64,000 nucleotides of DNA from an uncultured Verrucomicrobiae bacterium (GTDB taxonomy: Bacteria; Verrucomicrobiota; Verrucomicrobiia; Limisphaerales; Palsa-1400). A model generated the notes under the pieces. That model saw only the letters and a list, made by a program, of their open reading frames with translations. It was not told where the DNA came from and did no database searches. Below are positions 46,837 through 56,734 of the stretch, piece after piece; within the stretch, counting starts at the first letter, position 1, and every line of letters starts with the position of its first letter. The stretch lies in NCBI GenBank assembly GCA_963764165.1, contig CAVXRD010000002.1, forward strand, positions 1,600,001-1,664,000, in the 5' to 3' direction. Position numbers and translations under genes: made by a program.

Positions 46837-48291
46837 ATGTCAAAATTAATTAAAAAGGCCGTTTTCGTGCTCGCCGCCCTGCTGGCTGGCGGCGGCCCGC
46901 TCCATGCCAAGGATTCCCCCGCGCTCCAAATGGCCCGGCAGCTCAATGAAGCGTTCATCGAAGTGGCCGACAAAGTTTCTCCCTCCGTGGTCGTCATTGA
47001 TATTCGCCAGAAGGTCGCGGCCAAGGACGCGGAGGAATCCGGTTCTTACTGGGATATTCTGCCGCCGGAACTGCGCCGCAAATTTCAGCAGAAACACGGT
47101 GGCACCAACCAGGAGGAACAACCGCCCCAGTATCTGGAGGGCGAAGGCTCCGGGGTTATTGTTTCCGCCGATGGATACATTCTGACGAACGATCACGTTG
47201 TCGACGCCGCGGATGAAATCCTTGTGCGATTGAAGGATGGGCGCTCGTTCAAGGGCGAAGTCAGGGGCCTCGATCCCCAATCCGACATTGCGGTGATCAA
47301 GATCAAAGCGGCCGGCCTGACGGCGGCCAAGCTCGGCAATTCAGACGCTTCGCGCGTCGGGGAATTCGTCGTGGCCATCGGCGCGCCGTTTGAATTGAAC
47401 GACACCGTAACCGTCGGCCACATTAGCGCGAAAGCGCGGACGCTCGATCACGGCGTTGTCGATTATCTCCAGACGGACGCCAAAATTCTGCCCGGCAACA
47501 GCGGCGGGCCGCTGGTCAATCTTTATGGCGAAGTCGTCGGCATCAACACCATGATTGAAGGGCTTGATACGGGCATCGGTTTCGCGGTCCCGATCAACCT
47601 GGCCAGGGAGATCAAGGATCGCTTGATTTCGCAAGGCAAGGTCACGCGCTCCTACCTCGGCATATTCATCGAAGATTTCAAGGAAGAGAACCCGTTCGAG
47701 ACTGGCGGCCTTTCGCGCGGCTCCCGCGAGGGTGTGCTGGTGAAGCAAATTTTCCAGGGCGGTCCTGCTGCCCGGGCCGATTTGCGGGAGGACGATGTGA
47801 TTACGTCTGTCGATGGCAAAACTGTGCAAACCACGCGCCAGCTTCAAGACGCTGTCATGTATAAGAAGCCCGGATCCGTGACGACGCTCGAAGTCCTTCG
47901 CGGGAAAAAGCGTCTCGTCGTCAAAGTCACCTTGAGCGCAAAACCGGAAGAACCCCGGCTGGCCGATGACCGGGGACACGCGCCCGCGCCGTTGGAAGCA
48001 ACGCAATTGGGCATGACGGTCCGGGGCCTGACGAAAGACCTGGCCGACGAGTTCAATGTCGACGCCACCTCCGGCCTGCTGATCACCGCCGTGGAACGGG
48101 ATTCGCTGGCCGATCAACAGGAGATCAAGGCTGGCGACGTCATCTTGAAAATCAATCGCAAGCCCGTGACCACGCTTAGGCAATTCCGCGACGCGATCAA
48201 GGCGGCCGATCCCGAGCACGGCGTCGTTCTCCATCTTGTCGGCGACAGCGGCACCCGCCTCGTCGTCCTCAAGGACGCAAGCGCGAATTAG
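46837..48291 (+). CDS. HtrA/DegP-family serine protease with two PDZ domains
   Basis: GSGVIV, TNDHVV, DIAVIK, PGNSGGPL, two PDZ-like regions. Confidence 0.93.
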   Translation: MSKLIKKAVFVLAALLAGGGPLHAKDSPALQMARQLNEAFIEVADKVSPSVVVIDIRQKVAAKDAEESGSYWDILPPELRRKFQQKHGGTNQEEQPPQYLEGEGSGVIVSADGYILTNDHVVDAADEILVRLKDGRSFKGEVRGLDPQSDIAVIKIKAAGLTAAKLGNSDASRVGEFVVAIGAPFELNDTVTVGHISAKARTLDHGVVDYLQTDAKILPGNSGGPLVNLYGEVVGINTMIEGLDTGIGFAVPINLAREIKDRLISQGKVTRSYLGIFIEDFKEENPFETGGLSRGSREGVLVKQIFQGGPAARADLREDDVITSVDGKTVQTTRQLQDAVMYKKPGSVTTLEVLRGKKRLVVKVTLSAKPEEPRLADDRGHAPAPLEATQLGMTVRGLTKDLADEFNVDATSGLLITAVERDSLADQQEIKAGDVILKINRKPVTTLRQFRDAIKAADPEHGVVLHLVGDSGTRLVVLKDASAN

Positions 48292-48301
48292 CATTTTTTT
48301 C

Positions 48302-49411
48302 ATGGCAACCCCAGACATCCGCTCGCAGACTCCCGAGCAAATCCAGCGGCAATTTCAGCAATGGGAGGAGCCGGCTTACCGGGTGGGCCAGCTATTGCAA
48401 TGGCTCTACGACCGGCGCGCGGCCAATTGGGACGAAATGTCCAATTTGCCGAAGGCGCTGCGCCAGAAACTGGCGGAAAGCTATTCGCTTTCGTGGCCGG
48501 AATTGGCCAAGCGCCAAGGCGCGCGCGATACCACGCAAAAATTCTTGTGGAAGCTGGCCGATGGGGCGCTGATCGAGAGCGTGCTGATTCCAGCCAGCCC
48601 GAGTCTTTACGGCGAGTCCAGCGACCGGCACACGCTTTGCGTTTCGACGCAAGTCGGCTGCGCGTATGGCTGCAAATTTTGCGCCAGCGGGCTGGAAGGC
48701 TGGCGGCGCAATCTCGGCGTGGAGGAAATTGTCAATCAAGTGCTTGCCGTCGAGCGGACCGAAAGCGGCGCGGAGCGCCTTGTCAGCAACATCGTCATCA
48801 TGGGCATGGGCGAGCCGCTGGCCAATTACGATAATTTGCTGGCCGCGTTGCGAATTCTCAACGCGCCCTGGGGCGGGAAGATTGGCGCGCGAAAAATCAC
48901 CGTTTCGACGAGCGGGCTTGCCCCGCAAATCCGCCGCCTGGCCGACGAGCCGCAGCAATTCCGCCTCGCCGTTTCCCTGCACGGCGCGACCGATGAAATT
49001 CGCGCCCGCATCATGCCCGTCAATAAGAAGTATCCACTGAAGGAGCTCGCTGCCGCCTGCTCCTATTACCAGGAGAAAAAGGGCCGCATGATCACGCTCG
49101 AATATATTTTGATCGCGGGCGTAAACGACGATTCGGATCAGGCGACGCCGCTGGCGAAATTGGCCTTGAACCTCCACGCAAAGGTCAACCTTATCCCATA
49201 CAACAAAGTGGAAGGGCTGCCGTGGGTGCGCCCCGAGGAGAGCGCGCAGGAGGCATTCCTTGCCGCGCTGGAAAAATACAACGTGACCGCCACCCTGCGC
49301 CGCGAAAAAGGCGGTGAAATTGACGCCGCCTGCGGACAGCTTCGCCTGAAAACGGAACGCGAACTGAGCCTGCAGGCAGAAACCGCCGCAGTGCCGTCCG
49401 TCGCACCTTGA
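48302..49411 (+). CDS. rlmN: Dual-specificity RNA methyltransferase RlmN
   Basis: CVSTQVGCAYGCKFCASG, MGMGEP, IDAACGQL. Confidence 0.95.
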   Translation: MATPDIRSQTPEQIQRQFQQWEEPAYRVGQLLQWLYDRRAANWDEMSNLPKALRQKLAESYSLSWPELAKRQGARDTTQKFLWKLADGALIESVLIPASPSLYGESSDRHTLCVSTQVGCAYGCKFCASGLEGWRRNLGVEEIVNQVLAVERTESGAERLVSNIVIMGMGEPLANYDNLLAALRILNAPWGGKIGARKITVSTSGLAPQIRRLADEPQQFRLAVSLHGATDEIRARIMPVNKKYPLKELAAACSYYQEKKGRMITLEYILIAGVNDDSDQATPLAKLALNLHAKVNLIPYNKVEGLPWVRPEESAQEAFLAALEKYNVTATLRREKGGEIDAACGQLRLKTERELSLQAETAAVPSVAP

Positions 49412-49415
49412 TCTC

Positions 49416-50261
49416 ATGAACGACTTGTTCGAAGTCGTTTATGAAGACCCGGACATTCTGGTTGTCAACAAACCGGCAGGACTGGTCTGCCATCCGACCA
49501 AGGGCGACGAGTATTCCAGCCTGGTCAGCCGCATCCGCTTGTATTTTAGCATGGCTCGGCAGGAGCCTCGCCCTACCGAGCGTGCGGTAGGGCGAGGCTC
49601 CTGCCGAGCCGACGCCACCACAGCAGATTCTCGCCATACCTCCGCCCATCTCATCAACCGACTTGACAGGGAAACGAGCGGGATTGTCATGGCCGCCAAA
49701 AATTCAGCGGCCGCCGGGGAATTGGGAAAGTTGTGGGAACGCAGAAGCGTGCAGAAATTTTATCTGGCCATTGTGCATGGCACGATGGAGAAGCAGCACA
49801 GCGTCATCGAATTGCCGCTGGGAAAGGACGAGGCCAGCCAGATTGCGGTGAAGGATTGTGTGCGTCCCGACGGCGCAACCGCGCGCACCGAATACATCGC
49901 GCACGCTCATTTTCAGCGGGGCGGGCGGGATTTTTCCCTCGTGCGCGTCTGGCCGTTGACAGGGCGCAAGCATCAAATTCGCATTCATCTCGCAGCCGCC
50001 GGCCACCCCGTTGTCGGGGATAAATTATACGGCGGCGACGAGGATTTATATTTGGCGCTGGCGCAGGATCGATTGACGGACGAGCAGCGGGCGCGATTGA
50101 TTTTGCCGAACCAGGCCCTGCATTGCGTCGAACTCAAATTGACGTGGCGCGGAAATGACATGATATTTCGAGCGCCGCCGGACTCCGCATTTTCGGAATT
50201 TGCGGGGTTGCCAGCGGAAAAGGCAGCAGCCACTGTTACAGCAATCTCTTATGAAAATTGA
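49416..50261 (+). CDS. RluA-family pseudouridine synthase carrying an in-frame REP insertion
   Basis: [32 protein letters not shown]. Confidence 0.92.
   Translation: MNDLFEVVYEDPDILVVNKPAGLVCHPTKGDEYSSLVSRIRLYFSMARQEPRPTERAVGRGSCRADATTADSRHTSAHLINRLDRETSGIVMAAKNSAAAGELGKLWERRSVQKFYLAIVHGTMEKQHSVIELPLGKDEASQIAVKDCVRPDGATARTEYIAHAHFQRGGRDFSLVRVWPLTGRKHQIRIHLAAAGHPVVGDKLYGGDEDLYLALAQDRLTDEQRARLILPNQALHCVELKLTWRGNDMIFRAPPDSAFSEFAGLPAEKAAATVTAISYEN
49553..49610. repeat. Perfect 25-bp inverted REP pair inside the RluA-family gene
   Basis: ggctcggcaggagcctcgccctacc-gagcgtgc-ggtagggcgaggctcctgccgagcc. Confidence 0.9.
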
Positions 50262-50568
50262 AAAACTCAAGGCGTGCGACGGCGAGTCCCCGAAAACCGG
50301 CGACAAGGTCACTGTCCATTATACAGGATGGCTGACGGACGGAACGAAATTCGACAGCTCGGTGGATCGCAAAGATCCGTTCAGCTTCGTCCTCGGCGAA
50401 GGCCAGGTCATTCGCGGCTGGGACCAGGGCGTTGCGACCATGAAGGTTGGCGACAAGGTGAAGCTGACGATTCCGCCTGAACTCGCCTACGGCCGCGAAG
50501 GCTATCCGGGCGCGATTCCGCCGAACGCGACGTTGATTTTCGAAGTCGAACTGCTCAAGGTTGGTTAA
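50251..50568 (+). CDS. FKBP-type peptidyl-prolyl isomerase
   Basis: [39 protein letters not shown]. Confidence 0.95.
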   Translation: MKIEKLKACDGESPKTGDKVTVHYTGWLTDGTKFDSSVDRKDPFSFVLGEGQVIRGWDQGVATMKVGDKVKLTIPPELAYGREGYPGAIPPNATLIFEVELLKVG

Positions 50569-50579
50569 GTCAAACGCAC

Positions 50580-50647
50580 GGCAGGGCGAGGCTCCCGCCG
50601 AGCCATTCCCTCATTCGAACATGACTCGGCATGAGCCTCGCCCTGCC
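50580..50647. repeat. REP doublet, G(C/T)AGGGCGAGGCTC family
   Basis: ggcagggcgaggctcccgccgagcc ... gactcggcatgagcctcgccctgcc between convergent genes. Confidence 0.85.
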
Positions 50648-50665
50648 GATTCGCTCCGCGTGGCA

Positions 50666-51772
50666 TTAATTCCCCGGCAAATCAACCCGTCGTCCGGTCT
50701 TGGCTGATTCACGGGCGGCGTCCAGAATTTCCGTTACGACCATGTTTACTTCCAACGAAGAAAGCCCGGAAGGTTTGGTTTCGCCGCGAACAATCGAGGC
50801 CAGATACGACAATTGATCGTGCTCCGGGCCATCTGGATTTTGATTGGGCAGCTTCTGTTCGGTTTCGGTTTTGTCGCCCAGTTTGCGGATGTGCAGCAAA
50901 TCCCGGCGAGGCGCAATCACATAACCCGTTTTTCCGTAAACCTCCATATCCTTGCGGTCCATCGGCCAATTCCACGAGGCTTGAATGATGCCTTGGGCTT
51001 TCGGGTATGTGACAACAATGGTCGCCTCATCCTCCACCTTTGGATAAATGTCCGGCTTGATTTGCTGTGTGACGGCGAACACGGAAGTGGGCCGCTGGCC
51101 ACCCATCAGCCACGTCATCAAATCCGCGCCATAGCACCCGAAATCCGGCAGCGCCCCGCCGCCGTTTTCGACCGGGTCTGTCAACCATTTCAAGAAAGTT
51201 TCCGAGCAGCCGATTTCGCGCGGACCGCGATGGCCGTCATGCACCACAATTTTCCGCAAGTCGCCAATGGCGCGATCTTCATTCGCGATCTGGTAAATGG
51301 CGCGGTTGGCCGGATACCACGTCGTCTCGTAATTTACGATGACCTGGATGCCTCCCTCCTTGGCCGCCGTTTGAATGGCGCGGGCTTCCTGCATATCTAC
51401 CGCCAGCGGTTTCTCCACCATCACGTTGATGTGAAGCGGCGCGCACAATTCCACCACCGCGCGATGTCCGAGCGTGCTCGTAAACGCCGCGACGGCATCG
51501 ACATTCGTTTTGGCACGCAATGCTTCCAGCGTGGGAAAAAAAAGACCCGTGCCGAGATGAAATCGTTTTGCGTAAGACTCACACAGCGTTTTATCCGGCT
51601 CAACAATGCCGACCAGTTGCGCATCCGCGTGCTCCTTAGTTAGCGGGATAAATCCGTAAGCGTGGTCATGCACCAAACCCATCATGGCGACGTGAACGGG
51701 ACGTTTCGCGTCCTGCCCTTCGACGGCGTGAAGTGAGAGCAGCAAACCCGCGAGAGCAGCGATTGTCTTCAT
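50666..51772 (-). CDS. Gfo/Idh/MocA family oxidoreductase (signal peptide)
   Basis: VMVEKPLA, GGGALPDFGCY, ASWNWP. Confidence 0.9.
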   Translation of the reverse strand: MKTIAALAGLLLSLHAVEGQDAKRPVHVAMMGLVHDHAYGFIPLTKEHADAQLVGIVEPDKTLCESYAKRFHLGTGLFFPTLEALRAKTNVDAVAAFTSTLGHRAVVELCAPLHINVMVEKPLAVDMQEARAIQTAAKEGGIQVIVNYETTWYPANRAIYQIANEDRAIGDLRKIVVHDGHRGPREIGCSETFLKWLTDPVENGGGALPDFGCYGADLMTWLMGGQRPTSVFAVTQQIKPDIYPKVEDEATIVVTYPKAQGIIQASWNWPMDRKDMEVYGKTGYVIAPRRDLLHIRKLGDKTETEQKLPNQNPDGPEHDQLSYLASIVRGETKPSGLSSLEVNMVVTEILDAARESAKTGRRVDLPGN

Positions 51773-51837
51773 GGTCGCGTCAACGTATCAGTCGGCTCCT
51801 GTCGTGGCAATCGCAAGGTGCGAGAGTCGCGAAGCGA

Positions 51838-51932
51838 GGTAAGGACGCCTCGCCGAGGCGTCCGAGGTCGTAGTGTCGTTCGAACGCGTTCGAACTCGCG
51901 AAAGTCCCCGGACGCCTCGGCGAGGCGCTACC
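51838..51932. repeat. REP doublet, GGACGCCTCGCCGAGGCGTCC family
   Basis: ggtaaggacgcctcgccgaggcgtccg ... ccggacgcctcggcgaggcgctacc. Confidence 0.85.
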
Positions 51933-51939
51933 TTTTGCG

Positions 51940-54006
51940 TCACGCCGTCTTGACCTTGATTTTGTGGCCTTTGATTTGCGTGCGGTTGAGCTTGGAAATA
52001 ATCGCGTTGGCGTGCTCGTCGGCGACGTCAATAAAAAGATGGCGCTCACGGACGTCCACCTTGCTGATCACGTCGGCTGGCAATCCGGTTTCGCCGGAGA
52101 TTAAAAGGGTCACATCATCACCCGTTACTCCCATTTGCTCGCCGACGTTCATCCACAAGCGCCGTTGGAATGATGGCGCTGACACGCGCTCTTTTTTGAC
52201 GAAGGGCTTTGATTCCTCGGATTTGGCCGATTTCTTGATAGCCGTTGACGAGAGAAACGGAGCTGATGCCATTGAACTTGGCAGAGTTGCAGGCTTTGGC
52301 GCCGGAGCAGCCGCCGGTTTTGCCGCGGCTGGTTCGGGTTTCGCACTCACTGGCGCGGGCTTGGGTTGCGGCTTGGCGGCCGCAGGCTTCGGCGGAAGTT
52401 TTGGCAGTGGATGTTTCCACTCGACCGCCCGCGAAGGCGAAGGCGGCAGCGAGGGTGCTGGCGCTGGCGCAGGAGAAGGAGACGGCGCCGGCACAGGCGA
52501 GGGCGCAGGAGCAACTGCGGCAGGAACTGGAATCGGACGCTCAACGGCGGGCGCCGATGGGTGCTTGAGTCGCTCCACCGCGGGTGCCGCGGTCACATGC
52601 TTGGGCCGCTCCGCTGGACGCGACGGCGCCGGTGCGGCGGGCCGATCCGAAAAACGCGGCGGGCGTTCGAAACGCGGCTTCTCTTCCACGCGAGGCGGCG
52701 GCTTGGCGGCGGCGGATTCTCCTCTGTGCAACTGGTGAATCAACGCCGATGCAATGTCAGTCGAGGCAAATCCTTCCTCGAGCAGCCGTTCCACCACTTG
52801 ATCGTAGCGCTCGAATTCGCCGCTCTTCAGCGTGGCCCGGAGCTTGTCCAAAAAGACAAGCTGCCGCGCTCCCTCGACTTCCTGCTCCGTGGGCGGATGT
52901 CCGCGCTGAATCCGCATATTAATATAGCGCTCAATATTGCGAATCTGGAAAACCTCGCGGCCCGACGCGAACGAAATGGCGCGCCCGCTGCGGCCTTGCC
53001 GGCCCGTGCGGCCGATGCGATGCACATAATCCTCGCCGTCATACGGCAGGTCGTAATTGAAAACCACCTCCACATGATCGACATCCAGCCCCCGCGCGGC
53101 GACGTCCGTGGCCACCAGGAATTCGATGCCGGATCGGCGGAATTTCTGCATGACACGGTCGCGCATCATTTGCGTCATGTCGCCGTGCAAACGGTCGGCG
53201 CTGTAACCTTGCGTATTAAGATGATCGACAAGGTCATCGACCATGCGCTTGGTGTTGCAAAAAATAATGCCGAGTTTCAAATCGTGCATGTCGATCAGCC
53301 GTGTCAACAAATCAATCTTGTACCGGCGGTCGACTTCGTAATACACCTGCTCGACGGTCGGAACGGTGAGCGCTTTTTGCTCGATGCGGATTTTCTGCGG
53401 ATCGCGCGAATACTTTTGGATCAATTGCTCGATGGGCCGCGGAATGGTGGCGGAGAAAAAAACGGTCTGCCGCTCCTTGGGCGTCGATTGCAAAATCAAT
53501 TCGATGTCGTCGCGGAAACCCATGTTGAGCATCACGTCGACTTCATCCAGGATCACCATTTTGATGGTCGCCAGCTTCAAGGTGCCGCGCCGCATGTGAT
53601 CCATGATGCGCCCCGGCGTGCCGATGACGATGTGGGCGCCTTGGCGCAACCCGGCCAATTGCCGGTCATACGATTGCCCCCCGTAAACCGGCAGCGCATG
53701 AAGGCCGCGCTTGAAAAGCGACAATTTGTGGACTTCCTCGCAGACTTGGATGGCCAGTTCGCGCGTGGGGCAGAGAATGAGCACCTGGGTGGTTCGCTGG
53801 GTCGCGTCAACCTTCTCGATGGCGGGCACGGCGAAGGCCGCCGTCTTGCCGGAGCCCGTTTGCGATTGGCCCACCACGTCGCGCCCCGACAGCAGCACGG
53901 GAATGGACTCGGCCTGAATAGGCGCGGCTTGCTCGAAGCCAAGTTTCTCAATGGCTTTGAGCATTTCGGGCGAAAGGCCCAGCTCGGAAAATAGTTTAGG
54001 TGTCAT
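51940..54006 (-). CDS. DEAD/DEAH-box RNA helicase (DeaD/CsdA-like) with DbpA RNA-binding domain
   Basis: QTGSGKT, PTRELA, LDEVD, FSAT, ARGLD, HRIGRTGR, C-terminal DbpA-like domain. Confidence 0.93.
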   Translation of the reverse strand: MTPKLFSELGLSPEMLKAIEKLGFEQAAPIQAESIPVLLSGRDVVGQSQTGSGKTAAFAVPAIEKVDATQRTTQVLILCPTRELAIQVCEEVHKLSLFKRGLHALPVYGGQSYDRQLAGLRQGAHIVIGTPGRIMDHMRRGTLKLATIKMVILDEVDVMLNMGFRDDIELILQSTPKERQTVFFSATIPRPIEQLIQKYSRDPQKIRIEQKALTVPTVEQVYYEVDRRYKIDLLTRLIDMHDLKLGIIFCNTKRMVDDLVDHLNTQGYSADRLHGDMTQMMRDRVMQKFRRSGIEFLVATDVAARGLDVDHVEVVFNYDLPYDGEDYVHRIGRTGRQGRSGRAISFASGREVFQIRNIERYINMRIQRGHPPTEQEVEGARQLVFLDKLRATLKSGEFERYDQVVERLLEEGFASTDIASALIHQLHRGESAAAKPPPRVEEKPRFERPPRFSDRPAAPAPSRPAERPKHVTAAPAVERLKHPSAPAVERPIPVPAAVAPAPSPVPAPSPSPAPAPAPSLPPSPSRAVEWKHPLPKLPPKPAAAKPQPKPAPVSAKPEPAAAKPAAAPAPKPATLPSSMASAPFLSSTAIKKSAKSEESKPFVKKERVSAPSFQRRLWMNVGEQMGVTGDDVTLLISGETGLPADVISKVDVRERHLFIDVADEHANAIISKLNRTQIKGHKIKVKTA

Positions 54007-54069
54007 GTCAACCCTTTACCAATGACACAACACCTTGCGAAAAGCCACACATCCACACGTTTAGTTTAA

Positions 54070-54167
54070 GGCAGGGACGCCTCGCCGAGGCTTCCGGCTG
54101 CGTGCGGATATGCGAAGGGCCGGGGGGAAATGAGAGCCTCACTCCGGCCGCCTCGGCGAGGCGTCCC
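54070..54167. repeat. REP doublet closely related to 4641-4740, including the spacer
   Basis: gcagggacgcctcgccgagg..tgcgaagggc..gagcctcactccggccgcctcggcgaggcgtccc. Confidence 0.85.
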
Positions 54168-54214
54168 TTATATAGCGGGCTTGACGCTTCTCGCAAATTA
54201 GGCATTGTGCTCCG

Positions 54215-54694
54215 ATGTATAAAATAATCGGAGCGGACCTCAAAGAGTATGGCCCTGTCAGCGCCGAGCAGCTTCGGTTGTGGGTCGTTGAAGGCCGCGT
54301 CAATGGCCAGACGCGCGTGAAGGCCGAAAACGCGCTGGAGTGGCGCCCGATGGCGGAACTCCCGGAATTTGCGGATGTCCTTCCAAAAACGCCGCCGCCT
54401 TCACTGACGCCAAGCCCGATTTCTTCCATGCCGGCCGTGCAGCAAAACAGCAGCATGGCAGTTTGGGCTATGGTCACGGGCATTCTCGCGCTGCTTTGCT
54501 GCGGACTGCTGGCTCCAGTGGCTATCATTTTGGGCGCCGTGTCGCTTTCTCAATTCAAGACGCAAACGCATTTGACCGGGCGCGGTTTCGCCATCGCGGG
54601 CATCGTGATGGGAATCGTCGCCTTGATAGTGCATACGATCCTGGCCATTTTCTTCTTCTCCATGCCCGGATTTTTCCAAAATTTCCAGCGCTGA
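54215..54694 (+). CDS. GYF_2 (DUF4339) + DUF4190 membrane protein
   Basis: MYKIIGAD.KEYGPVS..W..EGR; TGRGFAIAGIVMG. Confidence 0.85.
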   Translation: MYKIIGADLKEYGPVSAEQLRLWVVEGRVNGQTRVKAENALEWRPMAELPEFADVLPKTPPPSLTPSPISSMPAVQQNSSMAVWAMVTGILALLCCGLLAPVAIILGAVSLSQFKTQTHLTGRGFAIAGIVMGIVALIVHTILAIFFFSMPGFFQNFQR

Positions 54695-54701
54695 CGGCTC
54701 A

Positions 54702-55115
54702 ATGCGCACAGCAGCCAATCCGCCTTCGACCCGCTACGCAGTGGCGGTTTCGTGCGTGGGAGCCGCGCTGATGGCGGCGGTGGCGCTGTTGTATTTTTAC
54801 GATCCCACCACGGCAGGTTTTTTCCCGATTTGCGCGCTTCACGCGCTGACAGGATTGGATTGCCCCGGCTGCGGCGGGTTGCGGGCTGTTCACCAGCTTT
54901 CCCACGGAAACATTGCGGCGGCATGGCATTTCAATCCGCTCTTTGTCGCGCTTCTACCGATTGCACTTTGGCTGGGCTTTCGCGAATGGGTGCGGGTCGT
55001 GACAGGACGCCAGTTGCCGGGTTTTGTGACCCGCCCGATTATGGGCTGGGTGTTGATTGGTGTGATGGTCGTCTTCGGAATCGTCCGCAATATCCCCGGA
55101 TTCCCGAAACCTTAA
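54702..55115 (+). CDS. DUF2752 family membrane protein
   Basis: C.LHALTGLDCPGCGGLRA..FNPL motif. Confidence 0.88.
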   Translation: MRTAANPPSTRYAVAVSCVGAALMAAVALLYFYDPTTAGFFPICALHALTGLDCPGCGGLRAVHQLSHGNIAAAWHFNPLFVALLPIALWLGFREWVRVVTGRQLPGFVTRPIMGWVLIGVMVVFGIVRNIPGFPKP

Positions 55116-55158
55116 TGCCCGCCGGGGGTTTCATCCCCATGCTGCCGCCCGCTGATAA

Positions 55159-55545
55159 ATGAAAGGCTCGTTCAAACTTCAAACCCGCCGCAAATTATCC
55201 CACGCCGAGGCTCGCGCGTGCGTTGCCGCAAATCTGCTCCTGCCGGGATCCGGTTCCCTGGCCAGCGGACGGAAGGTTGGTTACGCGCAAATGGCCGCAG
55301 TGTTTCTGGCGATGCTTTTGACCGTTGTCACCTCGCTGCCCTTCTTCCAGTGGGTGATGGCAGGCGGCGCATCGCCCAATCCGATGGACGACGGATCTCA
55401 AGCGCTGCACGACCTGTGGATTCATATTCGATGGCCGCTGGCGTGCGTCGCTGGGTATGTTGCCGCGACGTTATGGGCTGCGGCGACGGGAGCATCGATT
55501 TTGCGCGAGTCGCAAATGCAGGGTGTCCCACCCAAGATCATCTGA
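55159..55545 (+). CDS. Hypothetical membrane protein
   Basis: NLLLPGSGSL motif and two or three hydrophobic helices. Confidence 0.65.
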   Translation: MKGSFKLQTRRKLSHAEARACVAANLLLPGSGSLASGRKVGYAQMAAVFLAMLLTVVTSLPFFQWVMAGGASPNPMDDGSQALHDLWIHIRWPLACVAGYVAATLWAAATGASILRESQMQGVPPKII

Positions 55546-55551
55546 CGAGAA

Positions 55552-56733
55552 TTAGGGATTCGGAATTACCCGCCGTGCGTGCAATAACGTGCGAATGCGC
55601 CTCGGCTCAGCCAACGGCGAATCCGGATTAAGACTGCTCACATGCACGAATGTCGCCGATTGGATGAACAGCTTGTCCTGCAAATAAATCGCGACGTGCG
55701 TGATGCGCTCGACGCCCGTCCGGCGGTCAGGGCGGCCGAAGAATAAAAGATCACCCTTCTTCAACTGCTTGTAATTGTCGTCCAGCGGCACTTCCACGCC
55801 TTGGAGGCACTGCTGCGCGGCATTGCGATTCAGATCGATTCCATTCAGATAAAAGACAAGCTTGGTGAAACCGGAGCAATCCAACCCGCGAACCGAATTG
55901 CAGCCCCAAAAGTAAGGGCGGCCGATCAATGATTTCGCGGTGCGCTCGATGTTTTCCGGAGTGGGTTTGCGTTCGCTTTTCCATTGCGCGTAATCCGCGG
56001 CGGCCGCCTTGGGCAAAAAGCCCTTGCGTCCGTCCGGCAATTCGACTTGATACCAATCCTTCTCCTCGCCCGCGCGTTTCACCAAATCGCATTGAACGAC
56101 GTCCGAAATTTGCGGGGCGTTGGTGGAAGGCTGCTCCAAAATGCGCTCGTCCAAGGCAGTGACGATCAGGAGCGGAGCGGCCTGCCATGCTTCCGCCATT
56201 TCCCTGGCGCACGGAACGAAAGCGCCGCCCTCCGTCCAGCCAAGGTATTTGTCCGCTGTCTGCACCAGATACCAATTCGTCTGCGTTTTCCAAACCCGCA
56301 GGACGCTTCCCATGAAAGCCTGCGTTCCCATTTCCGAAGGATTTCCGGGTTTCTCCCGCAAATTCACAAGGCTGATGGTGGCGATGCCCCAGCCGGTATC
56401 CTTCAGTTTTCCCTGCGGAAGAATTTCGATTTCGTCGCGAACGGTGAAGCCATTTTGTTTGACAGCATTGACCGCCGCATCGCGCGCGGCAGCCTCGCCC
56501 GTTTCGCCTCGAAGGACAATGGCGCCCTCTTCTTCTTTAGGCTTGACGTCGAAAATCGCCAGATGCGGATCGGGCGCGAAGCGCTCCTTGACCTTTTGCA
56601 AGGCCGCTAAGACGGCCTCGTTCACGTTGGTTTTCACGTTGGGCGGATCGACAAAACCGGCCAGCAGCACAGCCGCGGCTCCCATGACCAGGGCGGCTGG
56701 TTTGGGAATCCAGACCTTCGCTGGCCGGAGCAT
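55552..56733 (-). CDS. NlpC/P60 (C40) cell-wall peptidase with SH3-like domains
   Basis: GRPYFWG..GLDCSGF, GDLLFFG, ITHVAIY. Confidence 0.9.
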   Translation of the reverse strand: MLRPAKVWIPKPAALVMGAAAVLLAGFVDPPNVKTNVNEAVLAALQKVKERFAPDPHLAIFDVKPKEEEGAIVLRGETGEAAARDAAVNAVKQNGFTVRDEIEILPQGKLKDTGWGIATISLVNLREKPGNPSEMGTQAFMGSVLRVWKTQTNWYLVQTADKYLGWTEGGAFVPCAREMAEAWQAAPLLIVTALDERILEQPSTNAPQISDVVQCDLVKRAGEEKDWYQVELPDGRKGFLPKAAAADYAQWKSERKPTPENIERTAKSLIGRPYFWGCNSVRGLDCSGFTKLVFYLNGIDLNRNAAQQCLQGVEVPLDDNYKQLKKGDLLFFGRPDRRTGVERITHVAIYLQDKLFIQSATFVHVSSLNPDSPLAEPRRIRTLLHARRVIPNP

Positions 56734-56734
56734 A

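Noticed and set aside
52366..53994. 542-aa plus-strand ORF
   Set aside because: Antisense shadow of the DEAD-box helicase.
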